From contig JABHWG010000039.1 in the NCBI GenBank assembly GCA_018657885.1, positions 1 to 57,761 on the forward strand: 57,761 nucleotides of DNA. Reading direction: 5' to 3'. Origin of the DNA: Pelagibacteraceae bacterium. Lineage in GTDB: Bacteria > Pseudomonadota > Alphaproteobacteria > HIMB59 > GCA-002718135. The notes beneath the pieces were generated by a model. That model was not told the origin of the DNA and searched no databases. It worked only from the letters and a program-made list of their open reading frames with translations. A program made the position numbers and the translations under genes. Position 1 is the first letter of the stretch. Each line of letters begins with the position of its first letter. Below, in pieces: positions 17,021 to 29,496 of this stretch.

Positions 17021-19758
17021 TGAGCGTCTCCCCAATTTTTACCTGAGCCATATTCTACCAAAAGAGGAACTTTAAAATCCTTGTATCTTAAATGAATATT
17101 TTCCATTACATTTTTAATATTATTTATTGAAGTTTCTTGTTTAGACTCATGAATTTCAAAGATAAGCTCATCATGAACCTGAAGAAGCATTTTTGCTTCT
17201 AAATTATTTTCATTAATCATTTTATTTAACTCTATCATTGCTATCTTGATAATATCAGCAGCCGTGCCTTGAATTGGTGCATTTATGGCTTGTCTTTCAG
17301 CAAATCCTCTGACAGAAAAATTTTTATCATTTATATTTTTAATATTACATTTTCGTCCAAAAATTGTTTCTACATATAAATTAGTTTTTGCAAATTCAAT
17401 TTGACCTTCCATATATTTTTTAATTTTAGGATATTTTATAAAATAATCTTCAATGTATTTTTTAGCCTCTAAGTTAGTAACAGAAAGTTGTTTGGCTAAT
17501 CCATAAGGGCTAATACCATATAATATTCCAAAATTTATTGCCTTTGCTTTTCTTCTCATTTCTGAATCAAGTTTATTTGGAGCAACATTAAATATCTGTG
17601 ATGCAGTAGAACTGTGAATATCTATATTATTCTGAAAAGCTTTAATAAAATTCTCATCTCGTGAAATTTCTGCAGCAAGCCTTAACTCTACCTGAGAATA
17701 GTCAAAACTCATCAATATATTTTTAGTTTCACAAATAAATGCTTTTCTTATTCTTTTGCCATTATTTGTTCGAATAGGAATATTTTGAAGATTAGGATCA
17801 TTAGAACTTAATCGACCTGTAAGAGTGTTAGCTATACCGTAAGATGTGTGCACCCTAGATTTTTTTTTAGTTGTCTGATTTTGTAGAGCATCAGTATAAG
17901 TTGATTTTAATTTAGTTAACTCTCTCCAATCTAAAACTAAACTTGCAATCTTATGGCCTTGATATGATAAATTTAACAAAGTGGCTGAATCTGTTGAAAA
18001 AGTTCCAGACTTAGTTTTTTTTCCCCCTTCAATCTTTAGGTCAATAAATAATATTTCACCCAATTGCTTTGGAGAGCCTATATTAAATTCAGTTCCTGAT
18101 AACTTAAAAATTTTTTTTTTAAGGATGTCACTATCCTTTTCAAACTCGCTACTAAGTTTAGCAAGATATTTAGTATCAAGTTTAATTCCATTTTTTTCTA
18201 CAGATGCTAAAACTTTAATTAATGGCAAATCAATTTCGTGATAAACAAAATTACTTTTCTCAATTATAGTTCTTCTATTTAAAAAATTATACAATCTTAA
18301 AGTAATAAGAGCATCTTCAGCAGCATAATGAAGTGCCTTATCAACTTCAACATAATCAAAGGTAATTTCTTTTTTGCCAGAACCTACCATCTCTTTAAAT
18401 TTAATATTAGTATGCTGAAAATGTAGGTAGGCTAAATCATCCATATTATGTTTAGTCACACCATTATCAACTGCGTAAGACATCAGCATTGTGTCAGCAA
18501 TAGACGACATTTTAACATTATATTTATCTAAAATTCTTAGATCATACTTCATATTATGACCTATTTTCAAAACAGAAGGATCAGCACATATGTTTTTTAT
18601 AGCTTCTATTACTTCATTTTCGTTAATTTGCCCTTTTATTTTTTTATTCTCATTCAAATCTTTATGGTTAATTGGAATATAATATGCTGAACCTTCATTA
18701 ACTGCAATTGATAATCCAACCAAAGCAGCTTTTTCTATATTTAAAGAATTAGTCTCTGTATCAATTGCGCAATAACCAATTTTTTTTATAAGAATAATTA
18801 AATTTTTTAAATCTTTAATATCAGTTATTAAATTATATTTTTTTTTAAAATCTTTTTCTTTGTTATCACTAGTTATTTGAGGAGCAATAAATGAATTATT
18901 TTTTAATCTTTCAGCTATACTTTTAAACCCTTGCTCGGATAAAAAAGTTAAAAGATTTTTATTTTCTTTAACTGATGAATATGTGTGAATATCACTAATG
19001 TTTAGATTTAGACTAATATCATCTTTTAATTTTACTAGCTCTAAACTCACTAAAATATCTTCCTTATTATTAAGAATAATATTTCTTTTTTTTTCTTGTG
19101 GTATTTTATTAGCATTAATAATTAAATTATTAACATCACCAAATTCTTCAATTAGTTTTAAAGCAGTTTTTGGACCAACTCCTGGGGCACCCGGAATATT
19201 ATCAACTTTATCTCCTGTTAATGCTTGTATCTGAATAACTTTTTCAGGAGGTAACCCAAATTTCTCAATTACTTGATCAATACCTATTTTTTTTCCCTTC
19301 ATTGGATCTAACATAGTTACATTTTTATTAACTAACTGCATTAAGTCCTTATCTGATGAGACAACTACTGATTCCATATTTTGTTTTGTAGCTAATGAAC
19401 AATATGTGGCAATTATGTCATCAGCTTCATAACCTTCTATCTCAATTTGAGGTATATTAAATGCATCAACACAATCTCTAATAATTTGAAATTGAGGAAT
19501 TAAATCTTCGGGTGTCTCTCCTCTATTAGCTTTATATTCTTTAAATATTTTATTTCGAAAGTTTTCCCTAGCTGCATCAAATACTACAACCATTTTTTCA
19601 TCTTTATAATCTTCAACTAATTTTACTAGCATATTAGTAAAACCAAAGACTGCATTAATAGGTGTGCCGTCAGCTCTATTCATTGGTGGAAGCCCATAAT
19701 ACGCTCTAAATATATAAGCTGAGCCATCAATTAAGATTAATCTATTATGTTTATTCAT
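17017..19758 (-). CDS. polA: DNA polymerase I
   Basis: N-terminal 5'-3' exonuclease ('LIDGSAYIFRAYY'), a 3'-5' exonuclease region, and polymerase motifs 'DYSQVELRLAA', 'RRKAKAINFGILYG' and 'QVHDELIFE'. Confidence 0.98.
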   Translation of the reverse strand: MNKHNRLILIDGSAYIFRAYYGLPPMNRADGTPINAVFGFTNMLVKLVEDYKDEKMVVVFDAARENFRNKIFKEYKANRGETPEDLIPQFQIIRDCVDAFNIPQIEIEGYEADDIIATYCSLATKQNMESVVVSSDKDLMQLVNKNVTMLDPMKGKKIGIDQVIEKFGLPPEKVIQIQALTGDKVDNIPGAPGVGPKTALKLIEEFGDVNNLIINANKIPQEKKRNIILNNKEDILVSLELVKLKDDISLNLNISDIHTYSSVKENKNLLTFLSEQGFKSIAERLKNNSFIAPQITSDNKEKDFKKKYNLITDIKDLKNLIILIKKIGYCAIDTETNSLNIEKAALVGLSIAVNEGSAYYIPINHKDLNENKKIKGQINENEVIEAIKNICADPSVLKIGHNMKYDLRILDKYNVKMSSIADTMLMSYAVDNGVTKHNMDDLAYLHFQHTNIKFKEMVGSGKKEITFDYVEVDKALHYAAEDALITLRLYNFLNRRTIIEKSNFVYHEIDLPLIKVLASVEKNGIKLDTKYLAKLSSEFEKDSDILKKKIFKLSGTEFNIGSPKQLGEILFIDLKIEGGKKTKSGTFSTDSATLLNLSYQGHKIASLVLDWRELTKLKSTYTDALQNQTTKKKSRVHTSYGIANTLTGRLSSNDPNLQNIPIRTNNGKRIRKAFICETKNILMSFDYSQVELRLAAEISRDENFIKAFQNNIDIHSSTASQIFNVAPNKLDSEMRRKAKAINFGILYGISPYGLAKQLSVTNLEAKKYIEDYFIKYPKIKKYMEGQIEFAKTNLYVETIFGRKCNIKNINDKNFSVRGFAERQAINAPIQGTAADIIKIAMIELNKMINENNLEAKMLLQVHDELIFEIHESKQETSINNIKNVMENIHLRYKDFKVPLLVEYGSGKNWGDAH

Positions 19759-19789
19759 TTCAAAATTAAATATATAGAGAATTAAGAAA

Positions 19790-20716
19790 ATGTCAGAATA
19801 TATTTTTTCAATAGAAGCAAAAGAAGTTAATAAGACATTTGCAAAAAAAAAAACAGAGACTAAAGCTTTAGATAATTTTAATATTAAAATTCGAAAAGGC
19901 TCAATTCATGGACTATTGGGACCAAACGGTGCTGGAAAATCTACTTTTATAAATATTTTAGGTGGTTTAGTAAAAAAAAATAAAGGAAATATTAAAATAT
20001 GTGGGCTTAATATTGATGAGGATATTAGGAAAAGTAAATTTAAAATAGGTATTGTTCCTCAAGAATTAAATATAGATCCATTTTTTACACCTTATGAATT
20101 ACTAGAATTGCAAGCGGGACTTTATGGTATTAAAAAAAAATTTAGGAAAACTGATGAGATTCTTAATAACGTTGGATTGATAAATCAAAAAAATTCCTAT
20201 GCCAGAACATTGTCTGGAGGTATGCGAAGACGTTTATTAGTTGCAAAAGCTTTAGTTCATTCCCCAGAAATAATAATTTTAGATGAGCCAACAGCTGGAG
20301 TGGATGTAAATTTAAGAAAATCACTTTGGAATTATATTAAAAAAATCAATAAATTAGGGACAACAATTTGTTTAACAACTCATTACTTGGAAGAAGCTGA
20401 GGAGCTCTGTGACAGAATCACTATAATAAATAATGGTAAAGTTATTAAAGACGATACTAAAAATAATTTGCTTAAATTAATTTCAGATAAAACTGTAATA
20501 TTTCAGATTAAGTCTTATTTTAAAATTCCTAATGAACTAAACAAATTTAAAACAGAAATAGTGGATGGTAATTTAAAAATTATATATGATAAAAATATTA
20601 CTTCATTAAAAAAGATAATAGATATCCTAAATATCAATAAGATTTCATTTCAAGAAATTAATACATATGAAAGTGATCTTGAGGATATTTTTTTGAAATT
20701 TGTTAAAAATAATTAA
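19790..20716 (+). CDS. ABC-2-type (NatA/YadG-like) transporter ATP-binding protein
   Basis: Walker A 'GPNGAGKST', signature 'LSGGMRRR', Walker B 'IIILDEPT', and a C-terminal domain ending 'DLEDIFLKF'. There is no adjacent permease gene. Confidence 0.87.
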   Translation: MSEYIFSIEAKEVNKTFAKKKTETKALDNFNIKIRKGSIHGLLGPNGAGKSTFINILGGLVKKNKGNIKICGLNIDEDIRKSKFKIGIVPQELNIDPFFTPYELLELQAGLYGIKKKFRKTDEILNNVGLINQKNSYARTLSGGMRRRLLVAKALVHSPEIIILDEPTAGVDVNLRKSLWNYIKKINKLGTTICLTTHYLEEAEELCDRITIINNGKVIKDDTKNNLLKLISDKTVIFQIKSYFKIPNELNKFKTEIVDGNLKIIYDKNITSLKKIIDILNINKISFQEINTYESDLEDIFLKFVKNN

Positions 20717-22032
20717 TGTTAAATACTAATAAATTGTTTTCAATTTTATTTATGCTAGTGCCAATTTTGCTGATTACTGGACCTGCATTACCAGATATTA
20801 CGATTACTCTTTGTGCTCTCTATTTTCTTATTACTTTTACAATTATAAACAAAGATTATGAATTTATAAAAGATAAATTTTTTTTAGTTTCTATTTTTTT
20901 TTGGTTCACAATTCTATTTATTTCTTTTTTTGCTTACGATAAAATAAAATCATTTCAAGACTCTATAATTTTTTTAAGATTATTAATTTTACCTACCGCA
21001 GCATTTTTTCTTTTATTAAATAGTAAGAAAAAAATTAAATTTGTTATAACAATAATTTTTATTAGTATCTGCTTTGTGTTGATTGATACATTATTTCAAT
21101 TTATAAATTACAATAGTGAATTTGGTTTTCAGAATGATTTATTAGGGTTTATCCCAGATTGGTATGGTCGTTTAACTGGACCATTTGGTAATGAACTTGT
21201 ACCTGGTGCGTATGTTTCTAAATTTGGATTATTAGGTTATTTATTTTTTTTCTTCATTAATAAAATTAAATATCAAAATTTTCTAGAAATTTTATATCTT
21301 AGTACATTAAGTCTTGTGTGTTTTGCATCAGGTGAGCGAATGGCATTAGCAACTTTATTTTTAGCATTGTTTTTTTTATTACTGTTTTTAAAAAATAAAA
21401 GAATAATTTTATTATTTTCAATTATGTTATCATTAATTTTTATTATCATATCTTATAAATTTCACCCATTCTATAATGATTATACAATTATAAACTCAAC
21501 TCACTATCATCAAGGTTTAACTGTAGAAAAGTTTTTTGAATGCAACAATGCAACATCAGAAAAATGTACTAAAATAATTAATTTACAACCAAGCTTTTTA
21601 GAAATTATTAAAAACTTTGGCTCCTCAGCTTACGGAGAAATTTATAAAGTTGGCTTAAGTATGTTTATGAATAACCCTCTTACTGGCGTAGGAATAAGTA
21701 ATTATCAAACCTCTTGTATGAATATTGAAAAATATAACCAATTAATGGTTAACTATGACTGTGCTTCACATCCTCACAACACATACATTCAATGGCTATC
21801 CGAAGGTGGCATAATTACACTTTCCTCTTTTGTATTTTTTCTATTTTCTATATTATATTTTTTAATTAATGGGACTAATCAAACTATTTTTAAATTAATT
21901 TCTATCGCATCTTTAATTATTTTATTTTGGCCTATTATGTCAACAGGTAGTTTAATAAAAAATTGGAATGGGGTTCTAACCTTTTACATAATAAGCTTAT
22001 GCTTAAGTTTAAATAGAATTAAAATAAACTAG
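20716..22032 (+). CDS. O-antigen ligase / Wzy_C family polytopic membrane protein
   Basis: About 10-12 hydrophobic segments, 'SGERMALATLF', and a large Cys-containing loop followed by 'HPHNTYIQWLSEGGIIT' (H-x-H-N...E-x-G Wzy_C hallmark). The ATG shares one base with the ABC ATPase stop. Confidence 0.75.
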   Translation: MLNTNKLFSILFMLVPILLITGPALPDITITLCALYFLITFTIINKDYEFIKDKFFLVSIFFWFTILFISFFAYDKIKSFQDSIIFLRLLILPTAAFFLLLNSKKKIKFVITIIFISICFVLIDTLFQFINYNSEFGFQNDLLGFIPDWYGRLTGPFGNELVPGAYVSKFGLLGYLFFFFINKIKYQNFLEILYLSTLSLVCFASGERMALATLFLALFFLLLFLKNKRIILLFSIMLSLIFIIISYKFHPFYNDYTIINSTHYHQGLTVEKFFECNNATSEKCTKIINLQPSFLEIIKNFGSSAYGEIYKVGLSMFMNNPLTGVGISNYQTSCMNIEKYNQLMVNYDCASHPHNTYIQWLSEGGIITLSSFVFFLFSILYFLINGTNQTIFKLISIASLIILFWPIMSTGSLIKNWNGVLTFYIISLCLSLNRIKIN

Positions 22033-23047
22033 AAAATTTTTTATTGTTATTAAATTTCCTTATCTTTTTTACTATAAATAATGCTAAAATAAAAAATACA
22101 AGAACTGATAAAGCCTGACCTTGGCCTTTGCCAAAAAAAGATCCAACATAAATAAGTAAGAAAATTATCAAAGTAGAAATAATTTTTGTATGCAAGCCAA
22201 TTATAAGACCAATTAGAAAAAATAATATTATAAATATAGTTTTTCCTAAACCCATACCAAAATAAGTACCAGCAAATGACATATACATAGAAGAACAGAT
22301 AATTGAAATTAGTGTTGATAATGAATTATCTATAAATCTTACTTTAAAAAGATAATAATATGATTTAATTCCATCTATCCATGTAATTTTTTTCCCATCC
22401 CTAACTGTTCTTGAAAAATATGATACGCCAACTTCGTAAATATAAAAATTATGTTTTATAATTTGTGAAGCAATATCTATTTCTAGCCCAAAATCGTTAA
22501 AAGATAATTTTATTTTATTATAAACATCTCTATGAAAAATTTTTAATCCACAATGAACATCAGTTAGAGATTGTCCAAAAAATAAATTAAAAAGAAGTGT
22601 ATTAAATTTTCCAATTATTTCATTAAAAAAATAACTATGTTTTTTTAATTTTCCAGATAAATATCTGCTACCAAATATACATTGTATTTTTTCATCATTT
22701 TTAATAATTTCATAAATTTCTTTTGAGTCTTTAATATCTAGCTCAAGATCCGCATCCTGTAAAAGGATATAATTTCCACTACAAATCTCTAATCCTTTTT
22801 TAACAGCATAGCCCTTTCCTTTATTTTTTTTTAAGTTAATAAGTTTTAAATCAAATACATATTCTTGTTTTTTAAAATCCTCTAATATATTTTTAGAACT
22901 ATCAAATGAACCATCATTAACAAAAATTATTTCAATATTTTTCTCATTAAAGTATGTCTTAATATCTTTAAATAAATTAGACAGATAAAGTTCCTCATTA
23001 TAAACAGGAACAATTATTGATAAATTTATATTACTCTCTTGGAGCAT
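22019..23047 (-). CDS. Family 2 glycosyltransferase with C-terminal membrane anchor (polyprenyl-phosphate glycosyltransferase-like)
   Basis: 'LSIIVPVYNEE', 'VNDGSFDSS' and 'LLQDADLE' (DxD). About four C-terminal TM helices, as in GtrB/ArnC/DPM1-like enzymes. Confidence 0.8.
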   Translation of the reverse strand: MLQESNINLSIIVPVYNEELYLSNLFKDIKTYFNEKNIEIIFVNDGSFDSSKNILEDFKKQEYVFDLKLINLKKNKGKGYAVKKGLEICSGNYILLQDADLELDIKDSKEIYEIIKNDEKIQCIFGSRYLSGKLKKHSYFFNEIIGKFNTLLFNLFFGQSLTDVHCGLKIFHRDVYNKIKLSFNDFGLEIDIASQIIKHNFYIYEVGVSYFSRTVRDGKKITWIDGIKSYYYLFKVRFIDNSLSTLISIICSSMYMSFAGTYFGMGLGKTIFIILFFLIGLIIGLHTKIISTLIIFLLIYVGSFFGKGQGQALSVLVFFILALFIVKKIRKFNNNKKFSSLF

Positions 23048-23558
23048 GTTTGTTTAATATCCTTTGTAAAGTTCTTCGGTGCATCCTTAATCGTCTTGCT
23101 GTTTCTGAAACATTTCTTTTACATAGTATAAATACTCTTTGTATGTGCTCCCATCTTATTCTATCAGCTGTCATAGGATTTTCTGGAGGAGGTGGCAATA
23201 CTTCATCTGCATTAGTAAGAGCATCATAGATTTGATCTATTTCGGCAGGTTTTGGTAAATAATCAATTGCACCAGTTTTAATTGCCGCAACAGCAGTAGC
23301 AATATTACCATAACCAGTTAACAATAAGGCCTTAGTTTTTGGAGAAATGTGTTTAATCTGCTTTATTAGCTCTAAACCAGAGCCATCTTCAAGCCTCATA
23401 TCCACAATAGCATAATCATATTTTTCATTATGGCATCGATTTAAACCATCTTTATAATTGAATGATGTTTCTACAAAAAAACCTTTTTTTTCCATAGATC
23501 TAGCAAGCCTTTCTCTAAAGGGTGTATCGTCATCAATAATAATTAATTTTTTTATCAT
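23031..23558 (-). CDS. regA: Redox response regulator RegA/PrrA/ActR
   Basis: Receiver 'IIDDD...VDMRLEDGSG' plus the near-invariant RegA HTH 'NVSETARRLRMHRRTLQRILNK'. Confidence 0.88.
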   Translation of the reverse strand: MIKKLIIIDDDTPFRERLARSMEKKGFFVETSFNYKDGLNRCHNEKYDYAIVDMRLEDGSGLELIKQIKHISPKTKALLLTGYGNIATAVAAIKTGAIDYLPKPAEIDQIYDALTNADEVLPPPPENPMTADRIRWEHIQRVFILCKRNVSETARRLRMHRRTLQRILNKHAPRE

Positions 23559-24784
23559 AATATTAAAATAGCTTTATCAAATTTTATTTCAACAATAGCA
23601 TTATTATTCTTAGAATTATAAAAAGCTATTTCACCTTTCATATTTTCTATTAAGTTTTTTGCAATAAAAATGCCTAAACCCATACCTTTTTTATTTTTAG
23701 ATATATAAGGTTCCCCTAATTTATCTAAGACATCTTTTGCAAAACCAGTTCCATCATCTTCAATCTTAATAAAAAAATTGTCTTTATTTAACTCAAGAAA
23801 TATTTTAATTTTAGAATTTGAATACAATATAGAGTTTTGTATAATATTGCCTAAAGCGTAATTTATTTCATCTTTAAAAAAAATTTTATATTCTTTATCA
23901 AAATTATTATAAGAAATAGATAATATTTTATTATCATTAAATTTATCAAAATTTATTTTAATTAAATCAATTATTTTGATTTTCTCAAAAAAATTATCTT
24001 TTAAATTATTTGGATTTTTTGATAACCTTAAAAGTATTTGTTTACAACGTTCTGCTTGAGACTTTAATAACTTTATATCTTTCATTAAAAAAGTATTTTT
24101 CATAAATACTTTTTCATTAATTAAATCATTAATAACAAGAAATATTGTATTTAAAGGTGTACTTAATTCATGTACAGCAGCTGCACTTAAATAAGCAACT
24201 TCTGTAGTTTTTTTTTGATTGGAAAGTTGAAGTTTTGCTTCAGAAAGAGCATTAGATATTTTTCTTGCAGAACTAGCAAATAAGTAAGCATAGATAGCTA
24301 TAAAAATTATTGTAATTATAAGCGCTACCAATATTCCTAAATTATATATTGGTGGAGTTATAAACGTTTGATTCCAGTTAAATGGAATGGAATAAACATT
24401 GATAAAGAAAATAAGCAATATTGAATATAAGCTGAGTAAAATAGTCCAAAAAGCAGGTAAATATGATGCTGATATTATTATTGGTGCTAAAATTAAAATA
24501 ATGAAAGGATTAAACATTCCCCCAGTTAAATATATTAATGCTATCAACTGTGTAATATCATAAATCAAAAAAATAAAAGTTTTTTTATAACTTAAGGTAG
24601 GATTTTTTTTTTGTAAAAAATATGATAACACATTTACTAACAAAGAAAGTGAAACTACAAATATAGACTCCATAAATGGAATGGAATAATTTAAAATAAA
24701 AGTAATAACCAACAAAGTAATCAACTGCCCTAATATCGCTAACCACCTAATTTTAATTATATTTGCTAATAAGACAGTATTCAC
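23555..24784 (-). CDS. regB: Redox sensor histidine kinase RegB/PrrB/ActS
   Basis: Six N-terminal TM helices contain the quinone-site heptapeptide 'GGMFNPF' (GGxxNPF). H-box 'AAAVHELSTPLNTI', and a redox-box Cys in 'QAERCKQIL'. Confidence 0.85.
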   Translation of the reverse strand: MNTVLLANIIKIRWLAILGQLITLLVITFILNYSIPFMESIFVVSLSLLVNVLSYFLQKKNPTLSYKKTFIFLIYDITQLIALIYLTGGMFNPFIILILAPIIISASYLPAFWTILLSLYSILLIFFINVYSIPFNWNQTFITPPIYNLGILVALIITIIFIAIYAYLFASSARKISNALSEAKLQLSNQKKTTEVAYLSAAAVHELSTPLNTIFLVINDLINEKVFMKNTFLMKDIKLLKSQAERCKQILLRLSKNPNNLKDNFFEKIKIIDLIKINFDKFNDNKILSISYNNFDKEYKIFFKDEINYALGNIIQNSILYSNSKIKIFLELNKDNFFIKIEDDGTGFAKDVLDKLGEPYISKNKKGMGLGIFIAKNLIENMKGEIAFYNSKNNNAIVEIKFDKAILIL

Positions 24785-24798
24785 TTAGAAAATTTAAA

Positions 24799-28349
<3,551 letters not shown>

Positions 28350-28352
28350 ATA

Positions 28353-29471
28353 TTAAACTCTCATAGGCATGAGAACATAAATATTGTCTATACTTGATTT
28401 CTCTTGAACAATTATAGGGCTAGAATTATCATTGAAAGAAATTTTGATTTCTTCACTTTCAAGATTATCTAATATATCCATGATATATCTTGAATTAAAT
28501 CCAATTTCGATTTCACTTCCATCATAATCAACTTCTATATCTTCTGTTGCAGTACTATTTTCACTATTTATAGCACTTAAGTTAATTAAATTTTTTAGTA
28601 GTTTAAATTTTATAGATGGTGATTTTTCATTTGCTATTGTACTAACTCTATCAACTGCAGCCAATAAATTTGATCTATTAACTTTTAAGTGATTATTATT
28701 ATTACTTGGTATAACTCTTGTGTAGTCAGGAAAATTACCATCAATTAATTTAGAAATTAAAATTAATCTATCAATATAAAATATTATTTTATTAAGAGAA
28801 ATAACAATTTCTATATCATTATGATTCTCTGAAAGTAGTTTAGAGAGCTCATTTATTGTTTTTTTTGGAATAATAACTCCAGGAACTTCAGTAATAGAAT
28901 TATTAATAATACTACTGGCAGTAGCTAATCTATGACCATCAGTTCCAACAAAATTCAAATTACTCAAATTATCTTTTTCTACTATATTAAAATATAATCC
29001 ATTTAAAAAATATCTTGTTTCTTCATTAGATATCGCAAATTTAGTTTTGTTTATAAGATTTAGAATAGTTTGAGAATTAACTTTTAATTTCTTAGAATTA
29101 TTTGAAGAAGTTTCAATAATTGGGAACTCATCTTTTGGCAAACATGATAATGAAAATTTTGAAACATTTGATCTTATTGTTAATAATTTACCATCATTAG
29201 AAATAAATTCAACCTCACTTGTTTCAGGTAATTTTTTAACAATGTCAAACATAATTTGAGCATTTAATGTTGTAGAACCCTCTTCTATTACATTACAATT
29301 AATTGTTTCTTTAATTGAAATGTCCATATCTGTTGAAGATAGTGTTAAAGAATTATTTTCTACTTCTATTAAAATATTTGAAAGTATTGGGAGTGTATTT
29401 TTTTTATTAACTATACTTTGGAGATGGGAAAGTGTTTTAAATATAACTGGTTTGGTAACAATAAATTTCAT
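28353..29471 (-). CDS. dnaN: DNA polymerase III beta sliding clamp
   Basis: 372 aa. 'ILSNILIE', 'ATDGHRLA'-like 'GTDGHRLATA', and C-terminal 'YVLMPMRV'. Confidence 0.96.
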   Translation of the reverse strand: MKFIVTKPVIFKTLSHLQSIVNKKNTLPILSNILIEVENNSLTLSSTDMDISIKETINCNVIEEGSTTLNAQIMFDIVKKLPETSEVEFISNDGKLLTIRSNVSKFSLSCLPKDEFPIIETSSNNSKKLKVNSQTILNLINKTKFAISNEETRYFLNGLYFNIVEKDNLSNLNFVGTDGHRLATASSIINNSITEVPGVIIPKKTINELSKLLSENHNDIEIVISLNKIIFYIDRLILISKLIDGNFPDYTRVIPSNNNNHLKVNRSNLLAAVDRVSTIANEKSPSIKFKLLKNLINLSAINSENSTATEDIEVDYDGSEIEIGFNSRYIMDILDNLESEEIKISFNDNSSPIIVQEKSSIDNIYVLMPMRV

Positions 29472-29496
29472 TAGTTAAAATATAAAGAAGTTTTAA

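Noticed and set aside
2499-19234. Antisense or alternative-frame ORFs in the track. Examples: 2499-2711, 3632-4033, 7720-7959, 9389-9616, 9777-10055, 13145-13399, 13404-13595, 17981-18241, 18998-19234. Later ones include 23017-23229, 32658-32843, 33516-33773, 34088-34288, 35360-35797, 39152-39364, 40359-40613, 41877-42131, 47298-47573, 47795-48112 and 48811-49020.
   Set aside because: Every one lies wholly inside a confidently identified conserved gene on the opposite strand or in another frame. They have low-complexity, Ser/Ile/Phe-rich translations with no recognisable motifs. These are typical shadow ORFs of codon-biased AT-rich genes.
19843-19853. An A11 homopolymer early in the ABC ATPase gene (codons for KKK) as a phase-variation slippage switch for the envelope-glycan genes.
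   Set aside because: Comparable runs occur in plain housekeeping genes here: A10 in trpF at 1020-1029 and a T10/A10 run in polA at 18111-18120. They are explained by AT richness and Lys (AAA) codon usage, so nothing is specific to the surface locus.
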